From assembly GCA_965242965.1 (NCBI GenBank), contig OZ251518.1, positions 1,088,001-1,152,000 on the forward strand: DNA of 64,000 nucleotides, written 5' to 3'. The stretch is from Candidatus Poribacteria bacterium. Lineage in GTDB: Bacteria; Poribacteria; WGA-4E; WGA-3G. Positions 7,918 to 17,475 of the stretch are shown one piece after another. How positions within the stretch are numbered: the first letter of the stretch is position 1; each line of letters starts with the position of its first letter. Under the pieces are notes generated by a model that worked only from the letters and a program-made list of their open reading frames with translations, was not told the DNA's origin and did not search any database. A program made the translations under genes and the position numbers.

Positions 7918-10900
7918 ATGCCAACTCTCACCCTCAAACCGACGCATAAATCCATAGTTACCTACTACGATGCCCTGCACCAGTATCGCCGCCACGGTGT
8001 CTCCCACGAAACCGCAGTGCGCGCCGCCTTTCAAGCACTCCTCGAAGCATGCGCCCGGCAACGCGACTGGACGCTCATCTGCGAATATACGCGCCGCCTC
8101 CCCGGCAGCAATGCCATCCGCCTTGACGGCGCACTACTCGACGAACACAGCCTCCCCCGCGGCACGTGGGAAGCGAAAGGCATCAAAGGCACGCTCCGCG
8201 CCGAAATCGATAAGAAATTCGCCGCCGGGTATCCGCAGGACAACATCCTCTTCCAAACGCCAGAACGCGCGATTCTCTACCAAAACGGCGTGGAAGTGCT
8301 GGACGCAGACATCACCGAGGGTGAAACGCTTGTCACCGTGCTGCAGACATTTTTCGCCTACGAACGCGAACATGCCGCCGAATGGGATGCCGCCATCGCT
8401 GAATTTAAGGTGCGCGTGCCAGAACTCGGCCGTGAAGTGGCGGCACTCATCAAGCAGCAACACCAAACCAATGCGCGCTTCCGGACAGCGTTCGCCGATT
8501 TCCATCGTCTCTGCCAAGCCGCCATTCACCCGAACCTCTCCACGGCGGCGGTGGAGGAAATGCTCATCCAGCACCTCTTGACAGAACGCACCTTCCGCAC
8601 CGTTTTCAATACGCCCGACTTCACGCGCCGAAACGTCATCGCGCGGGAGATAGAGAAAGTGATTGACGCACTCGCATCCAAGGCGTTTAGCCGCGGCGTG
8701 TTCCTTCAGAAACTCGACCGGTTTTATCACGTCATTGAACGTGAGGCGGCGACACTCGTGGACTTTTCGCAGAAACAGCATTTTCTGAATACCATCTACG
8801 AGCAGTTTTTTCAGGGGTTCTCCGTGAAACAGGCGGACACGCACGGCATCGTCTACACGCCGCAGCCCATCGTCGATTTCATGGTGAAGAGCGTTGACGC
8901 GCTGCTCAAAACGCAGTTCAATCGTTCCCTCGCCGATGCAGGCGTTCATATCATCGATGCGTTCGTCGGCACCGGCAACTTCATCGTCCGGCTGATGCGC
9001 GAGATACCCAAGACGCAACTTGAACCGAAATACCGCGCCGAGCTCTGGTGCAATGAGGTGCTGTTGTTGCCTTACTACATCGCCTGTCTCAACATCGAAC
9101 ACGAATTTTACGAGGCGACAGGGGAATATCTACCGTTTGAAGGCATCTCCCTCGTGGACACGTTTGAGTTGGCGGAAGAACGGCAGTTATCGCTCTTAAC
9201 GCAAGAAAACACGGCGCGTGTGGAGAAGCAGAAAGCCTCGCCGATGTTTGTCGTCATCGGGAATCCACCGTATAACGTCGGACAGCAGAACGAGAACGAT
9301 AACAACAAAAATCGGCGGTATCCGGCGATGGACAAACGCGTGCAAGAAACCTACGCGAAAGACTCCACCGCCACCAACAAAAACGCGCTCTACGACACCT
9401 ATGTCAAGGCACTCCGTTGGGCTTCCGAGAGGATCGGCGAACAGGGGATTATCGCGCTCGTCACGAATAACAGTTTTCTTGACAGCACCTCGTTTGATGG
9501 CATGCGGAAACACCTCGCTGAGGACTTTGACGAAATCTATGTCGTCGACTTGGGTGGCAATGCGCGGCGTGATAAACTCGTCGCTGATGCGAGCGTTTTT
9601 GGCATCCGCGTCGGCGTGAGTATTAATTTTTTCGTCAAGGGCACGGCGAGGGACAGGCACCAGGGATTACGTAGCGCGGGGGCCTGTCCCCCGCGATCGC
9701 TGCATGGCGAGGAAAATTCCGCCCGCATCTTCTATTACCGCACCGATGACGCGTGGAACAAACACCAGAAATTCGATTTCTTGACGCAAACTGAACACGT
9801 TGGGAACGTAGACTGGCAAACGCTAGAACCCGATGCACGAAATACCTGGCTCACCGAGGGACTCACCCCTGAATTTTTGACGTTCATGCCGATAGGGAGC
9901 AAAGCGGCAAAACGGGAGAAAAAGGAGCCTGCCGGGGTGATATTCCACCAGTTCAGCAACGGTGTGCAAACAAGCCGTGATGCATGGGCTTACAATTTCA
10001 ACCGAGAAACGCTCATCGAAAAGGTGAAAGCCACAAGTGACACTTACAATACGGAGATGCTCCGGTGGCAGAACACCCCCGAAACCGCGCGTTCAAACAT
10101 TGATGACTTTGTGGTAGACGATAACACCAAAATCAAGTGGAGTTCAGGGCTCAAACAGAAATTATTGAGTGGACAACGTGCTGAATTCTCGCCCGAAAAC
10201 ATGCGGCAGGCTCTCTTCCGGCCCTTTACGAAAACGAACTTGTTCTTTGACAACGTCCTCACGCACCGAAGATCCATTTTTCCGGTAACCTTCCCGAATC
10301 TAGAAACCGAAGGGGAGAATCGCGTGTTTTGTGTGAGTTCCGTTGGCGCACTGAAACCGTTTCATGTCTTGATGGTATCCGCGATGCCAGATTACCATTT
10401 AACCGGTGATTCTCAGTGCTTCCCCTTCTACATTTACGATGAAGATGGGACAAACCGCCGCGAAAACATTACCGATTGGGCACTGCAAAACTTCCGTTCG
10501 CACTACGACGACGAAACTATCACGAAGTGGGATATTTTCAACTATACCTACGGCATCCTGCATCATCCCGAGTATCGCGAACGTTACGCCGCCGATTTGA
10601 AGCGAGATCTGCCGCATTTTCCTTACGCCCCTGATTTCTGGGCATTTGCGAATGCCGGTGCAAAACTCGCCGAACTGCACGTCCATTATGAGGCGCAGCC
10701 GGAATATCCACTCACGTTTGTGGAAGATGCGACGAAGCAACTGGATTTCCGCGTCAAGCGGATGAAGTTCTCCAAAGACAAGACATCGCTTATCTATAAC
10801 GAGTTTTTGACGTTGTCGGGGATTCCTGCGGAGGTATTTTCGTATCGCTTGGGGCAGTATTCGGCGTTAGAGTGGGTAGTGAACCAGTATCGTGTGAAGA

Positions 10901-11040
10901 CAGATGCGCGGAGTGGTATTGTGAACGATCCGAATGATGCGGCGAATCCGCGTTATATTGTGGAACTCATCGGTTCGGTGATTACGGTGAGTTTGGAGAC
11001 GTGTAAGATTGTTGAGGAGTTGCCGTCGTTTCGACGGTGA
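7918..11040 (+). CDS. Type IIG / type ISP-like restriction-modification enzyme (nuclease + N6-adenine MTase + specificity domain, no helicase)
   Basis: N-terminal RLDGAL...WEAK PD-(D/E)xK; GIVYTPQPIVDF; DAFVGTGNF (motif I); GNPPY (motif IV); GVQTSRDAW, FRPFTK, GAKLAELHVHYE of the ISP C-terminal domain. Confidence 0.9.
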   Translation: MPTLTLKPTHKSIVTYYDALHQYRRHGVSHETAVRAAFQALLEACARQRDWTLICEYTRRLPGSNAIRLDGALLDEHSLPRGTWEAKGIKGTLRAEIDKKFAAGYPQDNILFQTPERAILYQNGVEVLDADITEGETLVTVLQTFFAYEREHAAEWDAAIAEFKVRVPELGREVAALIKQQHQTNARFRTAFADFHRLCQAAIHPNLSTAAVEEMLIQHLLTERTFRTVFNTPDFTRRNVIAREIEKVIDALASKAFSRGVFLQKLDRFYHVIEREAATLVDFSQKQHFLNTIYEQFFQGFSVKQADTHGIVYTPQPIVDFMVKSVDALLKTQFNRSLADAGVHIIDAFVGTGNFIVRLMREIPKTQLEPKYRAELWCNEVLLLPYYIACLNIEHEFYEATGEYLPFEGISLVDTFELAEERQLSLLTQENTARVEKQKASPMFVVIGNPPYNVGQQNENDNNKNRRYPAMDKRVQETYAKDSTATNKNALYDTYVKALRWASERIGEQGIIALVTNNSFLDSTSFDGMRKHLAEDFDEIYVVDLGGNARRDKLVADASVFGIRVGVSINFFVKGTARDRHQGLRSAGACPPRSLHGEENSARIFYYRTDDAWNKHQKFDFLTQTEHVGNVDWQTLEPDARNTWLTEGLTPEFLTFMPIGSKAAKREKKEPAGVIFHQFSNGVQTSRDAWAYNFNRETLIEKVKATSDTYNTEMLRWQNTPETARSNIDDFVVDDNTKIKWSSGLKQKLLSGQRAEFSPENMRQALFRPFTKTNLFFDNVLTHRRSIFPVTFPNLETEGENRVFCVSSVGALKPFHVLMVSAMPDYHLTGDSQCFPFYIYDEDGTNRRENITDWALQNFRSHYDDETITKWDIFNYTYGILHHPEYRERYAADLKRDLPHFPYAPDFWAFANAGAKLAELHVHYEAQPEYPLTFVEDATKQLDFRVKRMKFSKDKTSLIYNEFLTLSGIPAEVFSYRLGQYSALEWVVNQYRVKTDARSGIVNDPNDAANPRYIVELIGSVITVSLETCKIVEELPSFRR

Positions 11041-11345
11041 AAAAACGCCGTCCTTTCACGGAACGATCGCGAGGGACAGGCCCCCGCGCTACGGTATCCG
11101 GAACGGCTCCCTTTACCGTAGGGCGAGGGCCCTCGGATGCCACACGCGCATGCGAGCGGGTTCCCCTCGCCATGCTGCGATTACCAGGGTCTGTAGGTCA
11201 GGATCGCCTGATCCTGACCCGTTTGTGATCAGGCGATCACAAACTACAGAGGGGGGGAAACGAAAAAAAACGCCACCCCCTCACTCCAACGATCGCGGGG
11301 GACAGGCCCCCGCGCTACGATAAAAAAAACGGTTCTTGAACCATC
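11038..11345. repeat. Mosaic REP array
   Basis: Same GTAG hairpin modules as 7172-7841. Confidence 0.85.
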
Positions 11346-11385
11346 GCGGGGGAAATTGGAATTTTGATTGAATTGTGAAAAATAT

Positions 11386-11414
11386 TTGACATTTAACGAA
11401 AAATATGATATAAT
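11386..11414 (+). promoter_or_regulatory. Consensus sigma70 promoter
   Basis: TTGACA-17-TATAAT, TG extension; followed by CATATCG-N8-CGATATG inverted repeat (11427-11448). Confidence 0.75.
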
Positions 11415-11493
11415 ATACGTAACCTGCATATCGTCACCTTGCGATATGAAATTGTCAAACCGAAACAACGAAGTTGAAGAGGAGACAAAGACA

Positions 11494-12255
11494 ATGAGAA
11501 AAGCCTATTTTGTTTGCGCAGTGCTGCTGATGCTGAGTTTTTCCCTATCGGCGTTTGCGCAAAACGCGCAAGAAGAACACCTGCTCGGCTGGTGGCTCTT
11601 TGATAGCGAGAAAGACGAGATGGGGAATTGGGATGACATCGCCCTACACGGTGCCGAACTCAAGGACGGGCAACTCGTCGTTGAAACCGGCAGATGGGCG
11701 CACGCGCTTGAATATTCCGGTCCCGACATTGAAGAGAAAACCTTGATGTCGTGGGTAGCGTTGGATAACCTCGCCGCAACGGCAGGCTCCGCGCTGACGC
11801 TTGACAAGGAAACCGAAGACCAGTTCAACGGCATCGTCTACGCTGAACGGGAGCCGAACCAGTGGATGTCCGGCAGCAGCTGGTTTCACCGCACCGAAGA
11901 TTTCCCGAAAGCGTTCAACGAAAAAAAGGAAGGCGAGATGGTTTTCTTAGCCTTCACTTATGAGAATGACGGCGGGGATTACAAGGTCTCGGGGTATCGC
12001 AACGGCGAGAGCCTCGGCAGCTATACGAAAGGGGAACTCAAAACATGGCCGACAGGCGATGCCGAAGCGATTTGGGGCAAGCGGCATACAAACGGCTTGG
12101 GTGGCCCCGGTGAACTGAACGCGCATATCGAAGAATCCCGTATCTATGCGGTTGCTCTGACACAGGACGAGATTCAGACTTTGGAAATCGGCACGCTTTC
12201 AGTCGATGCGCAGGGGAAGCTTGCTACTCGGTGGGCATCGTTGAAGGCGAAGTAA
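11494..12255 (+). CDS. Secreted LamG-like jelly-roll protein with KLAxxWxxLK tail
   Basis: GAGGAG RBS, signal peptide ending AFA, LLGWWLFD, IEESRIYAVALTQDEI, tail SVDAQGKLATRWASLKAK. Confidence 0.8.
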   Translation: MRKAYFVCAVLLMLSFSLSAFAQNAQEEHLLGWWLFDSEKDEMGNWDDIALHGAELKDGQLVVETGRWAHALEYSGPDIEEKTLMSWVALDNLAATAGSALTLDKETEDQFNGIVYAEREPNQWMSGSSWFHRTEDFPKAFNEKKEGEMVFLAFTYENDGGDYKVSGYRNGESLGSYTKGELKTWPTGDAEAIWGKRHTNGLGGPGELNAHIEESRIYAVALTQDEIQTLEIGTLSVDAQGKLATRWASLKAK

Positions 12256-12258
12256 CGT

Positions 12259-12690
12259 GAGGGGGTTTCATAAATCGACCAACGTTGCGGTGAAAAAACG
12301 CGCCCTCTCACCGTAGGGCGAGGGCCTGTCCCTCGCCAGGCAACGATCTGAGCAGCAAACAGCCGGAGTCTCTGGGCCGCGGGCGTTTTCCGCAAAGGTT
12401 GAGAGATCGCGGGGGAAACCCGCTCGGATGCGCGTATGGCATCCGAGGGCCCTCGCGCTACGATGAAAAACGCGTCCCCTCACCGTAGGGCGAGGGCCTG
12501 TCCCTCGCCATGCAACGATCTGAGCAGCAAACATCTGGGGTTTCTGAGCTGCGGGCGTTTTCCGCAAAGGTTGAGAGATCGCGGGGGACAGGCCCCCGCG
12601 CTACGGTGAGAGAAAAGCCGCCCCTTTACCGTAGGGCGAGGGCCTGTCCCTCGCCATGCCTAAGGTCTGGAAGACCTTAATGTCTATAGC
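12259..12690. repeat. Mosaic REP array starting with TIR
   Basis: GAGGGGGTTTCATAAAT then duplicated GTAG hairpin blocks and a CTATAGACATTAA-type hairpin. Confidence 0.85.
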
Positions 12691-12716
12691 ATCCTGCATC
12701 TACCGGGCCCAGTCTC

Positions 12717-13403
12717 ATGGCACAATTTCGCACCTGTCTCGTGCAGGTTTTCATCCCATTTTTATTGCTTATCGTGTTCGCCGCAATTGGCGCGGCGGAA
12801 GAAGCACGCTGGACATTTGACGATACCGCCGCTGACTGGGTTGCCGCCAACGGCACCTGGGAGGTGCAGGACGGTGTCTATAAGCAGACGACGCGGTGGG
12901 GAAAAGCGATGCACGCGCTCGTAGACAACGACGTATGGACGGACCACGAGCTCTCGGCGAAGGTGCGGATTGAGGCAGGGCATTGGGCAGGCATCGTCTT
13001 TCGCGCGCAGAACGAGTTTGAATACTACGTGTATCTCCTCTGTCCGAAAGAGAACAAATCGGAGTTGTGGCGGCATCGGCGCAGTACGGCATTCAAGGAT
13101 GGGTTTGAAGGGCGCGACGAGATCGAGCATGACATTGAACCGATCGGTCTCACCCTTACCAAACAAGAGTGGTTCACTTTGAACGTGCGTGCCGAAGGCG
13201 ACCGGATTACGGTGGCGATTAACGGCATCCAACAGGGGGTCTTCACAGACAGCACTTATCCTGCGGGAACGGTAGGGCTGTGGGCATGGGATACGCAAGC
13301 CAGTTTTGACGATGTCAGCGTTACCGATGAACTAACGCCTGTCACACCGGTTGAACCGCGGGAGAAACTTGCGATTTCGTGGGCGGATTTAAAGCGGCAG
13401 TAA
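12717..13403 (+). CDS. Secreted DUF1080 / concanavalin-like domain protein with KLAxxWxxLK tail
   Basis: Signal peptide, WAGIVFRAQ, GTVGLWAW..ASFDDVSV, tail PVEPREKLAISWADLKRQ; paralog of 34623-35276. Confidence 0.8.
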   Translation: MAQFRTCLVQVFIPFLLLIVFAAIGAAEEARWTFDDTAADWVAANGTWEVQDGVYKQTTRWGKAMHALVDNDVWTDHELSAKVRIEAGHWAGIVFRAQNEFEYYVYLLCPKENKSELWRHRRSTAFKDGFEGRDEIEHDIEPIGLTLTKQEWFTLNVRAEGDRITVAINGIQQGVFTDSTYPAGTVGLWAWDTQASFDDVSVTDELTPVTPVEPREKLAISWADLKRQ

Positions 13404-13407
13404 TCTG

Positions 13408-13630
13408 AGGGTGTTTCATAAATTTATCCCTTGAGGGGAGGCGCATCGGGCCCATCTCTGTAATTCGGGTGCGCCTGCACCCGAACGGTTCAGGAGCAGG
13501 TGCTCCTGAACTACTCTGAGGGTGTTTCGTAAATTTATCCCTTGAGGGGAGGCGCATCGGGCCCATCTCTGTAGTTCGGGTGCGCCTGCACCCGAACGGG
13601 TCAGGAGCAGGCGCTCCTGATCTACAGGGG
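13408..13630. repeat. Tandem ~110-bp TIR+REP units
   Basis: Two copies of GAGGGTGTTTC(A/G)TAAATTTATCCCTTGAGGGGAGGCGCATCGGGCCC...TTCGGGTGCGCCTGCACCCGAA. Confidence 0.85.
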
Positions 13631-13670
13631 ATACGGTCTGACAGAACATTCACTATTTAGGAGATTATTC

Positions 13671-14138
13671 ATGGCAAATGTAGGAAGTGCCGCGCCGGCG
13701 TTTACGTTAACAGGCGCGTTGAACAACGAAGATGTTGAAGTTTCGTTAAGCGATTATGAAGGCAAAAACTTAGTGGTGCTTTTCTATCCACTCGCTTTTT
13801 CGCCGGTTTGCGCGGAGCAGGTTCCGGATTTCAACGCGAACCTTGCCGCTATCAAAGCGAAAGGTGCGGAGGTTATCGCCATCAACCGCGATTCGACCTT
13901 TGCGCACAAGGCGTGGAGTGCGGCACTCGGTGGTGTCGATTTCCCGCTTCTCGCGGATATGAACCTTGCTGTCTCCAAGGAGTTCGGCATGGCATTGGCG
14001 GAAGTCGGCATTACGACGCGCGGTGTTTTTATCGTTGACAAGGGGGGCGACATCGCTTTCAAACACGTGGAAGATGCGCCGCCGGACAATACGCTGACTG
14101 CCGAAGAGGTGCTGAGCGAGTTGGATAAATTGCAATAG
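13671..14138 (+). CDS. Peroxiredoxin (AhpC/TSA family, AhpE-like)
   Basis: FYPLAFSPVC peroxidatic motif, FPLLADM, RGVFIVDK. Confidence 0.88.
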   Translation: MANVGSAAPAFTLTGALNNEDVEVSLSDYEGKNLVVLFYPLAFSPVCAEQVPDFNANLAAIKAKGAEVIAINRDSTFAHKAWSAALGGVDFPLLADMNLAVSKEFGMALAEVGITTRGVFIVDKGGDIAFKHVEDAPPDNTLTAEEVLSELDKLQ

Positions 14139-14163
14139 GTGCTGCTGCTGTATATTTCGCGCA

Positions 14164-14610
14164 CCGTAGCGCGGGGGCCTGTCCCCCACGGATATCTCGC
14201 GCATCGTAGCGCGGGGGCCTGTCCCCCGCGATCGTTGGAGTGCGCGAGCACTGGCGAGGGACAGGCCCTCGCCCTACGGTAAAGGGACGGCTTTTCTCCG
14301 CCCGTAGCGCGGGGGCCTGTCCCCCACGATTGTTCGGTAGACCGAGGCATGGCGAGGGACAGGCCCTCGCCCTACGGTGAAACGGAGACGGCCTCCCCAA
14401 CCGTAGCGCGGGGGCCTGTCCCCCGCGATCGTTGAATTGCGCGAGCGATGGCGAGGGGGGGTGACGTTTTTTCATCGTAGCGCGGGGGCCTGTCCCCCGC
14501 GATCGTTGGAGTGCGCGAGCACTGGCGAGGGAAACCCGCTCGCATGCGCGTGTGGCATGCGAGGGCCCAAGCCCTACGGTAAAGGGACGGCTTTTCTCCG
14601 CCCGTAGCGA
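14164..14610. repeat. Mosaic REP array
   Basis: Multiple CGTAGCGCGGGGGCCTGTCCCCCGCG / GGCGAGGGACAGGCCCTCGCCCTACG pairs. Confidence 0.9.
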
Positions 14611-14624
14611 CGCGTCATTTTAAC

Positions 14625-14654
14625 TTGACACCACGGATATGCATGTGGTAAACT
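14625..14654 (+). promoter_or_regulatory. sigma70 promoter for tRNA-Gly
   Basis: TTGACA-18-TAAACT with TG extension. Confidence 0.6.
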
Positions 14655-14663
14655 ATTAACAGT

Positions 14664-14735
14664 GCGGGTGTAGCTCAGCGGTAGAGCGTCAGCTTCCCAA
14701 GCTGAGGGTCGCGGGTTCAATTCCCGTCACCCGCT
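14664..14735 (+). tRNA. tRNA-Gly(CCC)
   Basis: Acceptor GCGGGTG/CACCCGC, anticodon arm TCAGC-TTCCCAA-GCTGA, GGTTCAATTCC T-arm; CCA not encoded. Confidence 0.95.
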
Positions 14736-14918
14736 TCATTCAGAGTTGTCCTGAACGCGTATGGCGTGGGACAGGCCCTCGCCATGCCGCAAGGTAGGAG
14801 AGACCTCCCGGTCTCGATGCACTTGATGTGCCTATCGGGACAAGGATGTCCCTCCTACCAACCAGAAAAAAAGCAAATTCGCGCTACAACAGCGCGCGGA
14901 CCGGAGATAGAGAAAACC

Positions 14919-16043
14919 ATGGCACAAAGAAATCGACTCACCAAAGAGGAAATCCAAGAAGATAAGTTCGTTGAGGTGACGCTGCAGGCTTACGCGTTCC
15001 TGAGGGAGAACCTTCGCTCCATCATCATCGTCGTTGGCGTAGTCATCGTTGCGGTAGGCGGCTATGCGGCTTATCATCAAAATCAAGAGAACCGCCGTGC
15101 GGAAGCCTCCATCGCGCTCAACGCGGCAACGGAGGCGTATCAGAATGCTGAGGAAAGCCTTTTCGATTCAGCAAAGTTGACAGAAGGCGAGGAGGCACTG
15201 AAACAGGTGCAGCCGCAACTTCAGTCGGTGTTTCAGAAACACCCGAACACCGAGTTCGCCGACAAGGCGCGCTATCAGTACGCGAAAACCCTCTACTATC
15301 AGGGTGATTACGCCGGTGCGCGCACGCAGTTCCAAGCGATTGTCGACGCGCCGCAACCCGATAATCAGATTTACAGTCTCTACGCGCAAAAAGCGATAGG
15401 CAACTGCTATGAGCAGGAAGGTGACTACGCGAACGCCATCGCTGCGTATCAACCCAAGGCATTCCAACCTACGCCCCGGGTCTCGCCGGAAATTCGTCAA
15501 TATGTGCTTGCCAACGCCAAATTCAGCCAGGCACTCTGCTATGAAAAACAGGGCGAGCTGGAAACGGCGCGCGCCACCTACAAAGAGATTCTGGACGAAT
15601 TCCGCAGCACGCTTGAGGCGGGAGTTGCCCAGAAAAGCATGGAGAGGGTTGCAGAGGCGAAAGCGGTTATCGCCGCTATTAACGAAGAGGAGCCCTTCAC
15701 CGTTGCGAACGCCGAGCAACTGGAGGCAGAGCAACGTTATTTTGAGGCATTCGTTGCGTATACGGATGCAATCCGCACCTATAAGGTGAACAAAGACATT
15801 GAGAGCGGCTTGTCTTCAGAATTGCGGAAGCAGATTGGGCGTTTTGAAAAACGTGCTACCGCGATGATAAATAACGTGCAAGCCGCCCAGCGCGCCGACA
15901 CCGAAGGACAGCAGGGCACTTGGCTTTACAACTATAACCAAGTTGTCGAATTTGAGCATCTCGGATTAAGTCGCCGTCTCTACGAAAACGCAAGTCTGCA
16001 CTACAAACGTCTCACAACCGCGCCAAACGGCGAAGAAGAGTAA
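14919..16043 (+). CDS. Membrane-anchored TPR protein (YfgM-like N-terminus)
   Basis: KEEIQEDKF, single TM helix, TPR helices; the upstream ORF extension is REP-derived. Confidence 0.8.
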   Translation: MAQRNRLTKEEIQEDKFVEVTLQAYAFLRENLRSIIIVVGVVIVAVGGYAAYHQNQENRRAEASIALNAATEAYQNAEESLFDSAKLTEGEEALKQVQPQLQSVFQKHPNTEFADKARYQYAKTLYYQGDYAGARTQFQAIVDAPQPDNQIYSLYAQKAIGNCYEQEGDYANAIAAYQPKAFQPTPRVSPEIRQYVLANAKFSQALCYEKQGELETARATYKEILDEFRSTLEAGVAQKSMERVAEAKAVIAAINEEEPFTVANAEQLEAEQRYFEAFVAYTDAIRTYKVNKDIESGLSSELRKQIGRFEKRATAMINNVQAAQRADTEGQQGTWLYNYNQVVEFEHLGLSRRLYENASLHYKRLTTAPNGEEE

Positions 16044-16048
16044 ACCTT

Positions 16049-17086
16049 ATGAAACTTAAGAAATCTGTCTCACTGTTCGCACCGTTAGCACCGTCTGTTT
16101 CCCGAACATGGCTGACACTTGGTGCTTTCCTGATATGCCTGTCTCTGTTATCGGTGCCGTTCGCTAACGCCGCGCCGACCGGCAGACTCGCTTATGCCGT
16201 GAACGGCTTTGACGAGAATCTGGGCCGCTTTGACTGGAACCTCTACACCACCGTGCTGCGGGGCACCAAGGACTTCAAAGGACTCCCGCTGAATCATAAA
16301 GGAATGTATCCATCGTGGGGACCGCGGGGAGAACTGCTCTATTTCGTGCAATGGGATGCCGGGCAGGCAGACATCTATTCCATTAACCCCAGCAGCCCGA
16401 AAAATAAGAAACGCATCACCGAAATTTCTGGGACGTATCGGTTCCTTTCTGCATCGCCGAATGGGCAAAAACTCGCTTTCAGCGGGTGGACGATGGAGCA
16501 GGTGCCGCAGGAAAACCAGATCTGGGTGCTTGATGTCCCTAGCGGGGAAATGGAAGCAGTGACAGAGGTGCCGCACTTCGGATGGCCCTATTCTTTCTGG
16601 GGCATCTCCTGGGCACCGAGCGGAAAACGCCTCGTCTTCTCACTCGCCAGACCCGGGTGGTTGGAGCAACTCTATCTATTAGACGTTGAAACCAAAGAGA
16701 TAGAAATCTTAACCGAACTCAACAAAGACTTCTATCCCGTGTGGGCACCCGATGGCAAACGCATCCTTTTCCTCCGATGGAACAGGGAATTTGACACGTT
16801 CTGCACGATTGACGTTGAGACGAAAACGATAGAACCGCTGTTCGATGTTGACAAAGCCACCGGCTACTGGGGGGACTGGGCACCCGATGGCGACTACATC
16901 GTCTATTCGCGGTGGGGTACCCTCTACGTCTATGATTTCGAGACGATGGAGACAGAAGAGCTGCTAGAAGTAGACGGTAGCATTTTCGTCGTCTCGTGGC
17001 TGCGGGATATTACTAACCTGCCTGTCGAATCTCGGCACAAACTGGCGACGACGTGGGGACAATTGAAGCGTCCTGACAACAAGTAG
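16049..17086 (+). CDS. Secreted TolB-like PD40 beta-propeller protein with KLATTWGQLK tail
   Basis: Signal peptide, PSWGP/SPNG/WAPSG/WAPDG repeats, tail PVESRHKLATTWGQLKRPDNK. Confidence 0.8.
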   Translation: MKLKKSVSLFAPLAPSVSRTWLTLGAFLICLSLLSVPFANAAPTGRLAYAVNGFDENLGRFDWNLYTTVLRGTKDFKGLPLNHKGMYPSWGPRGELLYFVQWDAGQADIYSINPSSPKNKKRITEISGTYRFLSASPNGQKLAFSGWTMEQVPQENQIWVLDVPSGEMEAVTEVPHFGWPYSFWGISWAPSGKRLVFSLARPGWLEQLYLLDVETKEIEILTELNKDFYPVWAPDGKRILFLRWNREFDTFCTIDVETKTIEPLFDVDKATGYWGDWAPDGDYIVYSRWGTLYVYDFETMETEELLEVDGSIFVVSWLRDITNLPVESRHKLATTWGQLKRPDNK

Positions 17087-17094
17087 GAGCCGCA

Positions 17095-17451
17095 ATGATG
17101 AAATTATTAAGCGTATGCCTTTGCATCGGCATTCTGCTTACGACTCTTCCGGCGTTCGCCGCTCTGAGTGTGGCAGATCTTGAGCAAATCCGCACAATCG
17201 TTAGAGAGGAAAATGCCGCCTTCGAAGCGCGGATGCAGGTGCAGATTGATGAGTTGCACACCCGACTTGATGGGTTGCAAACGCTGATAGAGATCCAGTT
17301 GGCGTTAGTGGCTTTCATCGCGGTTTTCATCTGTATTCCACAGATTATCGTGGCAATGCGGCGCAAAAAGGAACGCGAACTTGAGGAGAAAATCGAGGCA
17401 TTGCAAGCGGAAATAAACGCGCTCAAACAGCGATGGCTCGTCGGCCCCTAA
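17095..17451 (+). CDS. Hypothetical signal peptide-coiled coil-TM-coiled coil protein
   Basis: AFA|ALSVADLEQI, TM IQLALVAFIAVFICIPQIIV, RRKKERE; paralog of 52215-52766. Confidence 0.7.
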   Translation: MMKLLSVCLCIGILLTTLPAFAALSVADLEQIRTIVREENAAFEARMQVQIDELHTRLDGLQTLIEIQLALVAFIAVFICIPQIIVAMRRKKERELEEKIEALQAEINALKQRWLVGP

Positions 17452-17475
17452 CGCGGCTGCCGAGAGGAAAAAACG

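Noticed and set aside
8134-9102. 322-aa antisense ORF within the R-M gene
   Set aside because: Codon-bias shadow frame with no recognisable motifs.
14164-14610. REP arrays as CRISPR arrays
   Set aside because: Repeats alternate in orientation, belong to several families, intervening sequences recur between loci, and no cas genes are present.
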